Shown: one piece after another, positions 21,748-34,267 of the stretch
Numbering within the stretch: the stretch's first letter is position 1
Layout: every line of letters starts with the position of its first letter
From: Flectonema sp. DT1601
Taxonomy: Eukaryota
DNA: 64,000 nucleotides
Reading direction: 5' to 3'
NCBI GenBank assembly: GCA_964019425.1
Contig: OZ025787.1
Location: forward strand, 434,001 to 498,000
Made by a program: the position numbers and the translations under genes
Notes under the pieces: model-generated
Told to the model about the DNA's origin: nothing
The model's input: only the letters and a program-made list of their open reading frames with translations
Database searches by the model: none

Positions 21748-23934
21748 ATGAATGACTACTATTCTGAAAGACATGGTGACTGCATACGGATGAGGGCAAT
21801 CAGTAACTCTGATAGTGGAGATGAATATGATCGAGAAAGAGAAGCAGCTGTATCTGTAGAAAGAGGAGTTCCAACTGAAGTCGTTGGATGGGCTACCGCT
21901 GGATTATTTGTGATCATATCCCTTGTTTGTATAATTTTATTAAAAGAGGCCACCGTGTTGACTAACGTTAATGAGATACCAGAGACTGTACCACCCACTC
22001 AACTAGTAACAAACTACTCACTGACATTCGACTTCCCCCCCAGCCTGCAGTATGGAGATGAGTACCACGGAAGTTCAATAATTACGTTTAAACTATCAGG
22101 TAAATATCATACGAGGATCTATTTAAATTCTGGTGTCTTGTCATTAACTAAATTTTATTTTATAAAAAACTCAAAACACGTCATTCCAGAAGGTGTGTAC
22201 AGACTTAGTAAGCGATGGTGGGAATTTACGTTTGATTCTTATCTCCCGGAGGTGTTTGATTTTCATATTTATTGGACAGCTGTGGTGTCAGTTCCGATGT
22301 TTGAAATATCTGGTTCGTCACGAACACGGTCATTGTTTGCTCAGGGTGGACCAGAATTGTTTCCGTGTGTGGCTCAGACTGAAGCGTTCTTTGGAATAAG
22401 AATTCGAACTACATCTGACGTGGCTGTCATCACTCCGGATATGCCTTTCGTAAAACTGCTTCCAATCTCAGCGGGTTTTATTTTGATTCGCGGATCAAAG
22501 ATTAAACAGACCATACAAGCATCAAATCAATCTGTTTCAATATACTCAGATAATGATAATAATAATAAGAAAAGTGAATTAGGTGAAATTGTTAATCTAG
22601 TGACTGATGCTCAAATTAAATTGTCAAAACCGAAAAACCCAATAATTCAAAATTGGAAATTCTTCTTAACGACAGCAACAGATGATCTCCTTCAACATTA
22701 TGTGACGTTGACAGCGGTACCGATAATTCAACCGTTTAGTCAAATGCTAACTTTATCAATTTCCATAAAACAGATTCTTTTAGTACTAAATTATCCTTTA
22801 CACTTAGTCGATTTTGGATCAAAATACCTCTCTGCAGAAATTCTTAACTATCAAAACGGATACACATCTAACGTATTATCATACTATGCTTGTCAGCAGA
22901 AGGAGTCTCTTCATAGGTTTTCGTTATCAATTGTTAATTGGATGTATCAGTCGTCTGAATCAACGTACGGTTCAATGAATATAAAAAAATACTCCGATGC
23001 TTCAATCAATAATCAGGTACCCGTTGTAATTGTATCGAATAACACTTTACGAGTTCGAGATGGAGAATGGAGAGGAATTCGAATACCCGCAATGATATTA
23101 TTTTCAAATAAAAGTTCGTTATTCGTGACCATCACAACTGAGATTACAATATTTGATAACACCATCATATCATGTAATCATATGCGGAGATTTGCTGTTG
23201 ATTGTGAATATGACCGAGAACCGAACTTGAGCAGCTTATCTTGTATTGATAAATCGGGATTCTTAAGTGAAGGTTATTCACAATCACTTTTTGTGGGATT
23301 GAAGCGATCGGAAATTACATTTAAAAAGAAATGTTTAATGTGGTATCATGCGCAGGCAGTTCAGTTGAACGAGTTGTTCTTCTTAACCAGTAAAAGTACG
23401 CTGGAGTCACATGACTTGGTAATGAATACGACAGCAGATGCAATCAATAATTGGTTTTCGGAACAATTTCCAACTTATAGCGAGTTCTCCGAAGTAGTGG
23501 AGTTGACTACGGAAACTGAAATTATGATGTGCCAGAATGTGTTTTTTTATAATATTTCAACGCGGGTTCGTAATCAAGCAGCACTTCAGAGCTCTTGCAG
23601 CGAGTTGTTTTCTTACTTGGAATTGTATAAAAAAGCAACACTCGACCCTACCTTATTATCGGAGACAATACCCGCTCTTGATGTTAGTGGTACGCTTAGT
23701 TATGCCATAAAGGTTCTTGCTGTGATGTCACCGAGTCTTCTAAAGGAATTTCAATTTTTAATATTTCCAAAATGGGATGATGTCAACTTCGTATTAACAA
23801 TGGTAGCGTCATCCCTTCCGGTTAACCATCCTGTCACTGATTATTTTGTTACTCTCTATCCTTCGTACCTACCTCGCATACAATCGCGGAGGGATTCATG
23901 GAGAGAGTTATATGGAGATTTAAGCCCCCCATGA
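21748..23934 (+). CDS. Type II membrane protein with divergent peptidase M1 (aminopeptidase N)-like N-terminal fold, apparently non-catalytic
   Basis: Single TM (VVGWATAGLFVIISLVCIILL), then NYSLTF...YHGSSIITF...IYLNS and ELFPC...AFFGIRI resembling the M1 N-domain. No GAMEN or HEXXH visible. Confidence 0.55.
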   Translation: MNDYYSERHGDCIRMRAISNSDSGDEYDREREAAVSVERGVPTEVVGWATAGLFVIISLVCIILLKEATVLTNVNEIPETVPPTQLVTNYSLTFDFPPSLQYGDEYHGSSIITFKLSGKYHTRIYLNSGVLSLTKFYFIKNSKHVIPEGVYRLSKRWWEFTFDSYLPEVFDFHIYWTAVVSVPMFEISGSSRTRSLFAQGGPELFPCVAQTEAFFGIRIRTTSDVAVITPDMPFVKLLPISAGFILIRGSKIKQTIQASNQSVSIYSDNDNNNKKSELGEIVNLVTDAQIKLSKPKNPIIQNWKFFLTTATDDLLQHYVTLTAVPIIQPFSQMLTLSISIKQILLVLNYPLHLVDFGSKYLSAEILNYQNGYTSNVLSYYACQQKESLHRFSLSIVNWMYQSSESTYGSMNIKKYSDASINNQVPVVIVSNNTLRVRDGEWRGIRIPAMILFSNKSSLFVTITTEITIFDNTIISCNHMRRFAVDCEYDREPNLSSLSCIDKSGFLSEGYSQSLFVGLKRSEITFKKKCLMWYHAQAVQLNELFFLTSKSTLESHDLVMNTTADAINNWFSEQFPTYSEFSEVVELTTETEIMMCQNVFFYNISTRVRNQAALQSSCSELFSYLELYKKATLDPTLLSETIPALDVSGTLSYAIKVLAVMSPSLLKEFQFLIFPKWDDVNFVLTMVASSLPVNHPVTDYFVTLYPSYLPRIQSRRDSWRELYGDLSPP

Positions 23935-24201
23935 TTATTTATTATTATTATTTTTTAAAAGGTTACGGTTCCCCGTCAACCTTTTTTTTAACAAATTCGC
24001 TGGTCTGGTTGTGTGGTGGTTTGGCATATCAGTGATTCAGTCACATTTACACAAAAAACAAAAAAAAAAAAAAAAAAAAAAAGGGACTGTGACTGAAAAG
24101 AAAACAGCAGAAACACGTTAGAATATGTTTTTATTATTTTTTTTGAGAATTTTTAATTTTTTGAAGTTAAAATTATTTTTTTTCTTACATAAGTCTTAAC
24201 G

Positions 24202-27200
24202 ATGTTAAGGCAGTCTAAGAGACTGCTTGTGAAGAAGAAAAAAGCACTTCGAAAGACACCTTCGATTCCGGGTGGAGGAGACCAGTTTATAGACACGCAT
24301 GGAAACGTTGTCGACTTAACGAGTTATCAACAACCGAAAACAGCAAAGATAATCACAGATGAGTTCTCACCTAGACCACCATCGAAGTATATAAATAGAA
24401 GAAGAGCAAACCGTTTAAAAGAATTCAGAGACCAGCAACCTCCGATACCAGGAGGTCATATGCAACCATGGAATGGTTATGGTTTCTTTAATCATAATCC
24501 TAACCCAGTTCATGATTTAACAACTGAGGAACTTGAGGAGTACGTTCATGGAACTGAGTATACTGAACTACCTGAAGTCATGGGTAAGAATGAAGATTGG
24601 CCGAGGTTACCTCATGATATCAATGTAGTCGAGACTGAAACAACTGGATTTGAACATCAAACACAATTATTTAAAGAAGAACCATGGGCAAATGAAATTA
24701 GTGAAGGAGATGGTAAATCTAGATACCATTTATACTCTGGCAGGGATGGATATGATATTGACTTAACCAGACCAGGCGCTCTTGAAGCGTATGAGGCAGA
24801 TCTGGAAGAATTCGGTGAACTCTCTCACGTTCCAATCAGAGCTGCTCCTCAATTTGAAGTAATAAATCAAGTAAGATGGGTTGATGGTAAATGGGTTAAA
24901 ACTGTGGATCCAAATTTCAAAAGAGCACCTCACAGCGCATTCTTAACTGACATCCCTGATATTAAAATTGGAACAGAATTATTAGATCCTGAACTTGACT
25001 TAGGTGAAACTGGAGACGGTGGATATGCTGCAGAACTAGCGAGGTTTGGTTCTTTAAGTAATTCATCTGCTGGTGTTGACCCTTCAGATGTAATTGATGA
25101 AAATGATATGAAAACTATAAATTATATTGAAGGTGGTATTCCATCAAAGGGAAAGGTTATCGACGTGACTCATACCGAAACTGTTGAAAATATTACATCA
25201 GGTGATGGTAGTGAACAAGGTGGTGGGTTCTTGTCTACAACGGAATCCACAACTGTAGAAATCAATACTCCAGAACAACAAGAAACTGATATGTTCACTG
25301 ATATGATGTCAGTACCAGGAGAGGAACCGATTAAAATAACTCATGATGCATCCATAACAGGAAGAGTCAACGGCATTCCAATAAACGTATTTGATAATGT
25401 TCAAGAAGTTGATCCAGCTTCAGTTACCACAGAGCATGAAAACCATGTATTCTCTGGTTTATATCCGCGTGGTGACGAAGAAATGACTGAATTTGAACGT
25501 ATTCGCCTTGCGCGTTGCCTTGAAATGCATCAAAAACATAATGTTCCCCTTGCTAATAAGGGAGTTGATCCTTATTCGAATAACGCATTCTTGAGAAGAA
25601 ATAATCCTTTTAACAATACAAATGATGATGAAATTGGTAGAAAACACGACTTGTCAGTAGAATTTAAGCTACGTCAGCAGTACAAGTTGGGGTATGATGT
25701 TGATAAGCAAACCCGACCAATGTACAGGACACCCGAGACTGTTGCATCTCCGCAAAAGGGAGTAATTTCAGAATGGCACCGTAGAATTTTATGGACATCA
25801 ACCCTTGCAGGTGTAGATAGAAAAACAGATCTTTATCCTGATGGTTTTATTGATGGAAACGGATCGAAGATGTATGGCGATACGAAATACACTGCAGTCA
25901 ATCATGGTACTCACAGGGTAGGCTACACGAGTCTGTTTCACACTCGTTCACAAGTTACTCCTATATCACACGAGTTTGTATCTCAAGAAAAATATCAAGC
26001 ATACAAATCTGGTGAGGACCTCCGTCGTAAAATGATACGAGAAAAAGAATTAGAACGGAAACGAGCAATAAAAGAAGAAGAATATAATAAAAGGATATCT
26101 GGTAAGGCTGAACAAGAAGCTAATGAAAAGCGGATAGCTAACGACAAGATATTAAACACGATGAGAATGAATAACTTTACTGAAGACGAACTCATACTTT
26201 CCGAAGTCAGAAATAAAGATATTTATTTAGAAGACGTTCGTAGTAAACATCAAGAAGATATCCTAAGTGTGTATGGTAGGAATCCATTTAAAATTGATAC
26301 TCGATATCTTCCATGGCGTGGTAAACGAGGACAAGCATGGCGTGACATCCCTGAAGACCAATTACAACTCAAGGGAACGGGTCACTTCACTGACAACGTC
26401 CACTCAGAAGGTATATTCGGTTACAAACATCGCCGTGCAGAAATGGATCACCTTCAATGGGACAGTTATTCTGACACATACAGACAGAGAATGTGGGATC
26501 ATTTCACTAAGAAGATCTCTCTCGATAATTTCTTAAACGATCATTTCACTGCTGACCAATTACCAAAGGCGGGAAGTTCAAGAGAAACATCAAATGACTT
26601 AAAGGTTTATCACAAGTATTCAGCTCCTGGATGGGCATTTAGAGGTCGACTAGACAATTCTCAAATACCTCCTACAGAGGGAAGCGATTATAAGTGGAAT
26701 ACAACTCCACTTGATGCTAGTGGAATCGTACCTACGGAAAGACCTGCTTCAACCAAACGATCAGTTTATGTTCGTAAAAGTGATGCTGAAAAGTTTGCAT
26801 TATCAGGACAACGTCGTAGCTATTCTTCATCAGCGAGAAGTCATTCTCAGAGAAGAGGTATTTCATATCACATTCAAAAGGATGCGGAATTCTACTCCAG
26901 TCCTGTTCATCGAATGAGAAATCCGACAAATGGATTTGTACCTGGTGAGTACCAAGCCCCTGATAAGAAAAAAACAAAAAGTCTGATTCCCGGAGATATC
27001 TCTGGTTACCACATAGATCAAGACGAGGACATACCTGAAGACGAGCGGCTTAAGAGACGACAAAAATACCCAGGAAGAAACGAAGCTACTGCAGAATGGC
27101 CTTTGAACGGAACGGCTGCAGTTGTTGTTGGTATCGAAGGAGTTATTCAAAAAGGGAATACAATGTTGAGTGGTACTCAAGATGCGGTTCGTCAACTGAA

Positions 27201-28534
27201 GGCGAGAAAGATCCCTTTATTATTTTATTCTGATGGATTCCCACAGTGGACTGAAGCTGAGATGGCAACAAACTTATCCCAGGCACTTCAAATATCAATT
27301 TCAACTGAAGAAGTAATGCTTGGATGTAATTCATGCGCTGTCCCTGTTATTGAAGAAAAACACAAAACTAAACACACACTTGTTGTCGGTCCGAAGGGTT
27401 CAGCACAAGTCCTTAAGAAGGCTGGTTTTAATCATGTTGTTAGTGTTGATCGCATAGCAGAACAGTTCTCAGCCCATCTTCCATTTAAAAAGACATCCAA
27501 CAACACTCCAGGTACGGGGCAGTACATTATTGAAAATATTATAATAACAGGAATGCCTGCAGATTGGTCTGCTGCATTACAAATATGCCTTGATGTATTA
27601 TTAACAAAACAAGGTCAAGGTGTTGGCTCTAAACAATCACTCTTAGATGTTAGTGAGCCAGCACAACATGTTGGAGTCTTTGTCACTGATCCCAGAAGAT
27701 TAGTATCAACATCTCATGAAGTCCCAAGGATTCATTCTGGTGTCTTTGTTGATTCGTTACGTGGGTTGTTTGAAAATAGTCGGGCTGGTCGTGCACTCAA
27801 AATAACTGACGTGAGTCGTCTTAATACTGACGTTCAGTCTCTGATTGAAAAACGAGTTCTTTCATTATCAAAAGACTATTATAAACACACTTCAGAAATG
27901 ACTCATATTTATAATATCTCTGATCACATTCATCACGATGCTGTTGCTGCAAATCGTTTTCGCGATTCCCTTCATCTCCGTTGGTGGTCAGTCATCGTCT
28001 CTACTGGTATCAGTGATGACGCTAACACGGCAATTGGACACTTTGTAAAACACGATCTGAATGATGTATGTTGAAATTTCTATTTCTTTTTTGCATTTAA
28101 CAAGTATTGTAAGAACGAAAAAGAATGTTGGCAGCACACGTAAACTTCCTTTAGCTTTATCAGTTTAAGTCGGTTCACGGTTTCGTGCACAAACAAAAAA
28201 ATCACAGTGTTATATTATTATTTTCTGTATAGTTGAAGATAAAGCCAATTCTTTTTGTTTACTCTTCCTAAACTAATCCACCACAACTACAACTAATTCA
28301 ATACAGAAACTACTTCCTGAAAGTCTACCGTTGATTGAGTCTAAGGAATTACTTTATTACCAAGAAGATAGGTCGTATGTTTTCATCTTTTTTCTTTTAT
28401 TTATTTATTTCTTTTGTTCACCTTTTAATTACATTGTAATACCACAACGAAAAACACAAACCAGATGCGATGTCGGTTACGTGTCATTCCCAATGTTCGT
28501 AGCAGACTTATTAAGTCTTGAGTATCATGACTAA
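24202..28534 (+). CDS. Large predicted mitochondrial protein with C-terminal degenerate HAD-IIA (HDHD5/CECR5-like) domain; three exons
   Basis: N-terminal MLRQSKRLL presequence. C-terminal VVVGIEGVIQKG...A...L...IPLLF, DWSAALQICLDVL, IYNISDHIHHDAVAAN...WWSVIVSTGI. Introns 28066-28306 and ~28375-28464 keep the frame to TAA 28534. Confidence 0.75.
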
Positions 28535-28843
28535 GATGGTATTCTTGTATCCAGTCAGGTTAGCAGGGTGTTCATAACATTTCGTTTTTTCTTTTTTTTT
28601 AAATTAAACCTGCAGTCGATTTAACGAGACGATGGAAGTCATTTGAGTCTTCCGAAAGTGTTGAGGGCAACAACACCACAGGAACTATATCTGCTGCTTC
28701 ACTTTATAATTCTTCCTCAACAGGTACCCTTAATGGTTCAAACGTGTGATTGTTAATAGTCAAAGATATATTGCATGTGGTTAATCTTCTTCAGCAGGTA
28801 ATATTAAATATCAAACCTGTGAGAACATCACGTGCACTGTTCG

Positions 28844-29713
28844 ATGGAAAGAATTGAAGGGATGTTGAGAGATGGAGAGCTTCGCTCTACATCATCATCT
28901 GGAAACTCAACACAAGACTTGGCGCAACACCAAGCTCACGTTCAAGAAGCGATGAACCAAATGTCGAGAAATCAAAACGAGCTTCTCGCCGCCATAAAAG
29001 ATGGCGATCGGGAAGTTCAAGAAAGACTCCAAGTGGAATATCGAGAACGAGAAAAAGCATTTAAGAATGCATCCTTGATCCAATATAAATTACAAAATTC
29101 ATTAAAAGCGAGGAAGGTTGACCAGATAACAGAATTTACACAATGTGATGTGAACAGGTGGCCGTCACTACCAAAAGTAACATCAAACTTTACCGACAGG
29201 TACATGAAACTCGAAGAGTACTCACCCGAAACACACGTCTGTTACGCAGACTTGTCAGAGTTTGAACGCTTAAAGAAGGAGGTGACATCGGGAAGTCTAC
29301 TAACAGAATCCAACAGCTACAATGAAATTAAAAAAACTGATGAAAACCAACCAGACGAATTATGTGTCGAAGAACAAGATTTGTTTACTATCTCAAGACC
29401 ACAAGAAGATCCAACCACTTCAATTACAGGAGATCCAATGTCAGAAGAGACGCTGTTAGAACTCTTTAAGTCTATTGATAAGTCGGGTGATGGTTTTCTT
29501 TCTTCATCAGAACTTTCCTCTCTCTGGTCTTCTAAGGAAGTTCCCTTTGACTTGCCTCCGTCACAACAAGTCTTAAGCGGAGTTTTTAAGTATTGCGGAG
29601 GCTACGCCAACCGATGGAAGCAAATCGATCGTCTCTCTAGCGACAAAGGTATCCCACCTTTGATAAATTTTGATGAATTTTGTACAATCATGTTAGCATG
29701 TGCTGCTAGATAA
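28844..29713 (+). CDS. EF-hand calcium-binding protein with N-terminal coiled coil (5' end uncertain)
   Basis: Canonical EF loop DKSGDGFLSSSE in LFKSIDKSGDGFLSSSEL; partner hand INFDEFCTIML. Confidence 0.75.
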   Translation: MERIEGMLRDGELRSTSSSGNSTQDLAQHQAHVQEAMNQMSRNQNELLAAIKDGDREVQERLQVEYREREKAFKNASLIQYKLQNSLKARKVDQITEFTQCDVNRWPSLPKVTSNFTDRYMKLEEYSPETHVCYADLSEFERLKKEVTSGSLLTESNSYNEIKKTDENQPDELCVEEQDLFTISRPQEDPTTSITGDPMSEETLLELFKSIDKSGDGFLSSSELSSLWSSKEVPFDLPPSQQVLSGVFKYCGGYANRWKQIDRLSSDKGIPPLINFDEFCTIMLACAAR

Positions 29714-29939
29714 CATCATTCTCCTAATTGCTAATCAATATTTACATATTGTAGTTGTACGTTACATTTTTTCCCCTCCATTTGTTTTTTCATTTTTATT
29801 AATTTATTTTCTTCTTTCCTCAGTTCTAATTTAAACGATTATGGAGTAATTTTGAGCTCCTCTTTTTTTTTTTTTTTTTTTTTTTTCGAAAAAAAAAAAA
29901 AATGGATGGATAGCAATTACCATTTAAGAGATAAGCGCA

Positions 29940-31994
29940 ATGGAGGCTGAATGTGAATTGACAAACCTCGAAGGGAGGAAACCGTCAGTTTCAATAGATA
30001 TAAATTTAGTGAGTGATGGAGATGGTCAAAATGACAAGAGAGGTGAGACTTACATGTTATCCTCAAACTCATCTATCCTTGAAAGAATAGAACGAGTTGT
30101 AGGAACTCCTAAATTTGGAAAAGAACAACACGACAATTCTAACCAGTTTCAACAGTGGAAACTTTGTATGCAAGAAACAGCTGAACGACGTAAAGCTTAC
30201 CTCTATCTTGGACTTAACGTTTTTTATATTAAAAAGGGAAAACGATGCACGACTTTTTGTTCAATTGCTTCTGTTATCGCATCTGTTTTGGCGTCGTTGT
30301 CGTTCGTTTCACCAGTTGATGATGATCACGATTACAAAACGATAATTTTAGAATGCGCGTTATCATTGGTTACGGTATTTCACATCGCTGTGTTGGTTAT
30401 TTTTTACAAATGTACTCACCAACGAGTTAACTTATTCACTTCAAGTAATAGAAAGAAAGGCTTCAGCCGTTCATCAGAATGGAAACTAATGATACTCGAA
30501 GTCACTTGTGTTTCTATTCACAAGATACCGATCCTCAATGTAAGCAGAATATGTAACGTCTTTGTATTGGGTAGGTTATTCCAACTAATGAGGTCGTTGA
30601 GAGATATTTCATTCGCGACATCATCGGCATCGGTACTTATCAGTGCTTTGTGTAATATAAAAATGGATGCATTATTTGTGTTTAAAACTCATTTATTCAA
30701 ATCACCTGTTGTGACGATGGCTGTAACTTCTGGATTGGGATTTATGTTATTGTCGTTGTTAACTTGGTTTTTTGAATTAACCTATGGGGACTTGAATCTT
30801 GCTCAATCAGCGTGGTATACATTTGTGACCGCCACTACTGTAGGGTATGGTGACTACACACCTTCATCGATTCCGGGTAAGTTAGTTGGCGTCGTATCTG
30901 CCTTGTATGGGATAGTCGTTACTGCTATTCTTGTATCTGTTGTACAACACAAACTATCCATGAGCAGCATTCAAAAACAAATAATATTATTTTTAGGCGA
31001 AGTCAAAAGGGTTAAAGTTACAAAAGACTTAGCTGCGAAAGTAATTGCCAGAACTTTTATTTATTATTCAGTCAGTCGTGTGGTATCTAGTCCTCTCTTT
31101 ATGAAACGGAGACGAACCCATGGAGGATTTATAAAGGAACACGTTGTTAAGACCTGTTGGAGTGACCTACTCACTTCACTCGACAATCTACGCAAAGTAA
31201 GAATAGAAAGTTCAACAAGCTGGGCAGGGATTTCTGTGCTTGATGTTCTTCACGCGGATACGAGTGATATTCTCGCACAGAATACTGTACTTCAATATTT
31301 AATGAGACCCGCCGATGAGGACCTCTCTGCGATGCTTCGAGTTGGAAAATACGGTCCAATTAAAAACAGAACAGGTGACATCCCTAATGGCAACCCTGCC
31401 GCATCTGTTAGTATCTCCAGGGTATGTGATGAAAGAACCGAGTCAACAAGGTATGATTGTTTTCTGAAGTAGAATAATAATATTTTAAGAAGGTCTTCTT
31501 ATTTTTAAATCCAACAGTTCGAATAGCTGCCGGTCATCAAGTAGTCGAATATCGTGTGGCTCTTCAGTTTCTCGAACAGCTGCTGACACCAGTGCGATCG
31601 TTTGCGCACTGAAACAGGTTTGTGTTTGTTACTTTGGATAAACGATTCCAGAGTGTTTTTATATATTTAATAAACTTTAATACAGGCTGTGTCTCAACCA
31701 AATATCTGTGCAAAACAATTATCGTCATTCTCACCCAAGTCATCGTCATTCTCACCCAAATCATCGTCATTCTCACCCAAGTCAAGCACCAGTCCTGTTG
31801 GGTTGAGGAGAATGCGAGGAAGGAAACGACCTCCAAGTTTTCAAGATGTACGCGACTTAGATGGGGAAGGTATTTTAAAGACGGATTCCTTCATTTACGA
31901 AGACACTCGTATTGAAGATATGGATTCACGAGTTGAAATTCTTGCTATCTCTCAACGTCGAACAGAAGAATTACTGTTAACAATTCTCAGCAAG
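29940..31994 (+). CDS. Six-TM potassium channel, SK/KCNN (Ca-activated)-like; multi-exon, last exon unresolved
   Basis: Pore signature WYTFVTATTVGYGDYTP, S6 GIVVTAILVSVVQHKL, post-S6 AAKVI. In-frame introns 31451-31517 and 31618-31685; a further donor at 31995. Confidence 0.85.
31720..31783 (+). repeat. Coding 21-bp tandem repeat x3 (SSFSPKS) in the channel C-terminal tail
   Basis: ATCGTCATTCTCACCCAA repeated three times. Confidence 0.85.
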
Positions 31995-33590
31995 GTTTGT
32001 GTTTTTATTTATTCCGTTCGACCTTTTTTTTTAAAAAAGGACTCTCACTGTGAGGCAACAAAGAAAGCAACTATAAATAAGTAATTATAAAGACTTTTAT
32101 CTTAGAACGATAGCAACTTCAACATAAAATGAAGTCCCTTAGAACTTACTGATGAAGGCCTAAAAAGGGACAAGTAGTATCAGATTAAGGCTCCTGAAAC
32201 TACATATTCTATTACCCTTTGATGTTAGGAAACTGCAGAAATGAATACTTTTCTTTTACTGCTCTCTACTTTTTTTATTCTCACTTTTCTGTTCTAAAAT
32301 TAATGATAGTAACCTTAAGGACTTCGTGTTCTCATTGTTCTGATGTCCTAAAGATTTAATAGGAACGGCATCAACGCCAACAGAGACGTACAAAACGCAT
32401 TTTTTCCTTCCCGACACCCGACTTCCTTCATACTACTCAGAAGGTGTTCGCAGTATTCCGCGCGACCGTTCTTTTCACCACGTTAGAGTTTATGGCCACT
32501 GGTCGCAGAACTTCTGCTAGCACTTCGAGGAAATGCTGGCTTACCTTTCCCGCAACTATCGCAACAATGGTAATGGTTAGACGAAGGGGTTCTCCACCAG
32601 TCCCATCTGTGAATGTGCTGAAAATTGACACTTTTTGTTAGCCCGCGTGGGTCACTCAGCCTCATCTGCAGTTCCTTTCCCCGCGGGGTCTGATACTCCA
32701 CTGTCTTTTCTTAGTATTCTGCTGCCTTTTCTCGTCCTGTCAGTTGCAGGAATGACACTTCAGGGCATTATATTATTTTGAAGTTTTCCGATTAAGCCCA
32801 CAAGTTACCAAAGCCCCAGAATCGGTGTATTTCGAGCGACTGTTCCGAAAAATAAAATACCACACAACTCAGCTTGAAAGACGACACAGCTCAGACGCGT
32901 CAACGCAGACCAGCAATGAAATGATCTGATCGAATTCTTAGTAAGAACACGTTAAGAATCTCTCTACCACTTTTATTAATTATTATTAATCCTTACTGAC
33001 CTTCACGTCAAACCGGATTGTGTATTGCACAATTTAAAAAAAAAAAAGAACGGTTTTCTGTATTTATGTATTTACGCACAAGCTTGGTATTTTTTTTTTT
33101 CTTTGTTCTTCTCCCTTGCTATTCCCTTTTTGTATTGTGTTTAACAGAAAATTGTCAGAAGCGAAAATATAGTTGTTGACGTCACGTGCGTTGTGGGAGA
33201 ATATTAAATTATACACACTGAACAAAGACAAAAAAATCAGTTTTTTTTTTTTGTTGACTAATGTAATGCTCAATCTACGAAAAAAAAAAAAAAAGAAAAA
33301 GGAAAGAGGGGACTCACACACCTTAAGAAATCTGTTTATATTAATGTCGATGCTATTATTAAAGAAAAGGTGACTGTGATTTTTTTTGTCCTCTCAAATC
33401 GATTAGTCTTCTGTCTTTACAGACAGTCGAAGAGTTTTGCTTCTTAACAGTTTCTGTGCATGGTGAATGTTCAATTACACTAAAGAGAAAAAAAAGCTAT
33501 AAATATGTAATGGTGGCAAATCCCAAGTATTGGAAATTTAAATATCACATTGTCGTATTATAACTTCATCATCACAGTTAAATAAATGTT

Positions 33591-34127
33591 ATGTTCTGTG
33601 GAGGTGAAGTAAACATCAAACAGAAAGAGATTACTGAAGTTTATTTAAATGTTTATGACATCTCTTTGTCACTGAATAGAACTTTTGGTTTAATGGGATT
33701 GGGAATCTTTCACACTGGTGTAGAAGTGTACGGTGAAGAGTATGGTTTTGGAAGGTCTACTGACGGAACAGGTGTCTATCGACTCACTCCAACAACTTAT
33801 GATGGACATGTCTTTAGAGAATCAATCTTTCTTGGAATTACCAACCATTCTCAAGAACAAGTTAACATTATAATTAGTTCCATGTGCTACACTTCTTGGT
33901 ATGGTAGTGGGAAGTATAACTTAATAAATATGAATTGTAATGATTTTTCAGAAGACTTGTGCCACAAACTTTTAGACGGAAATTCCAATTTCCCATTATG
34001 GATAAATAGACCATGTAGAATGGCTGCCTACCTACTTCCGGAAATTATCACTAAAAAGATAGATTCTTTTGATGAACTTGTATTTTTAAAGTATGCCAGT
34101 AGAGATGCGCTTGACGACGCCGGATGA
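33591..34127 (+). CDS. PPPDE/DeSI family deubiquitinating/deSUMOylating isopeptidase (DESI2-like)
   Basis: VYLNVYD, IFHTGVEVYGEEYGFG (catalytic His), YNLINMNCNDFS (catalytic Cys), FPLWINR. Confidence 0.92.
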   Translation: MFCGGEVNIKQKEITEVYLNVYDISLSLNRTFGLMGLGIFHTGVEVYGEEYGFGRSTDGTGVYRLTPTTYDGHVFRESIFLGITNHSQEQVNIIISSMCYTSWYGSGKYNLINMNCNDFSEDLCHKLLDGNSNFPLWINRPCRMAAYLLPEIITKKIDSFDELVFLKYASRDALDDAG

Positions 34128-34267
34128 CTAACCAGTTTTTTGATTTACACTTGTCTTGTTTGTTATGGTTGATTTTTATGGTTGATTTGCTTTTTGTTTA
34201 TTTTATTTTTATTTTTATTTTTTTTTTTTCAGAACGGGGTTTGAACCAAATCAAAAACAATAATAAA

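Noticed and set aside
32420..32720. GC-richer patch with overlapping 64-72-aa ORFs
   Set aside because: No recognisable protein motif in any frame; cannot be supported as a gene.
33445..33465. AACAGTTTCTGT resembling the euglenozoan spliced-leader core
   Set aside because: Lacks the AAC(T/C)AAC 5' end and the ACT(A/T)TATTG|GTA continuation; too short to call an SL RNA gene.
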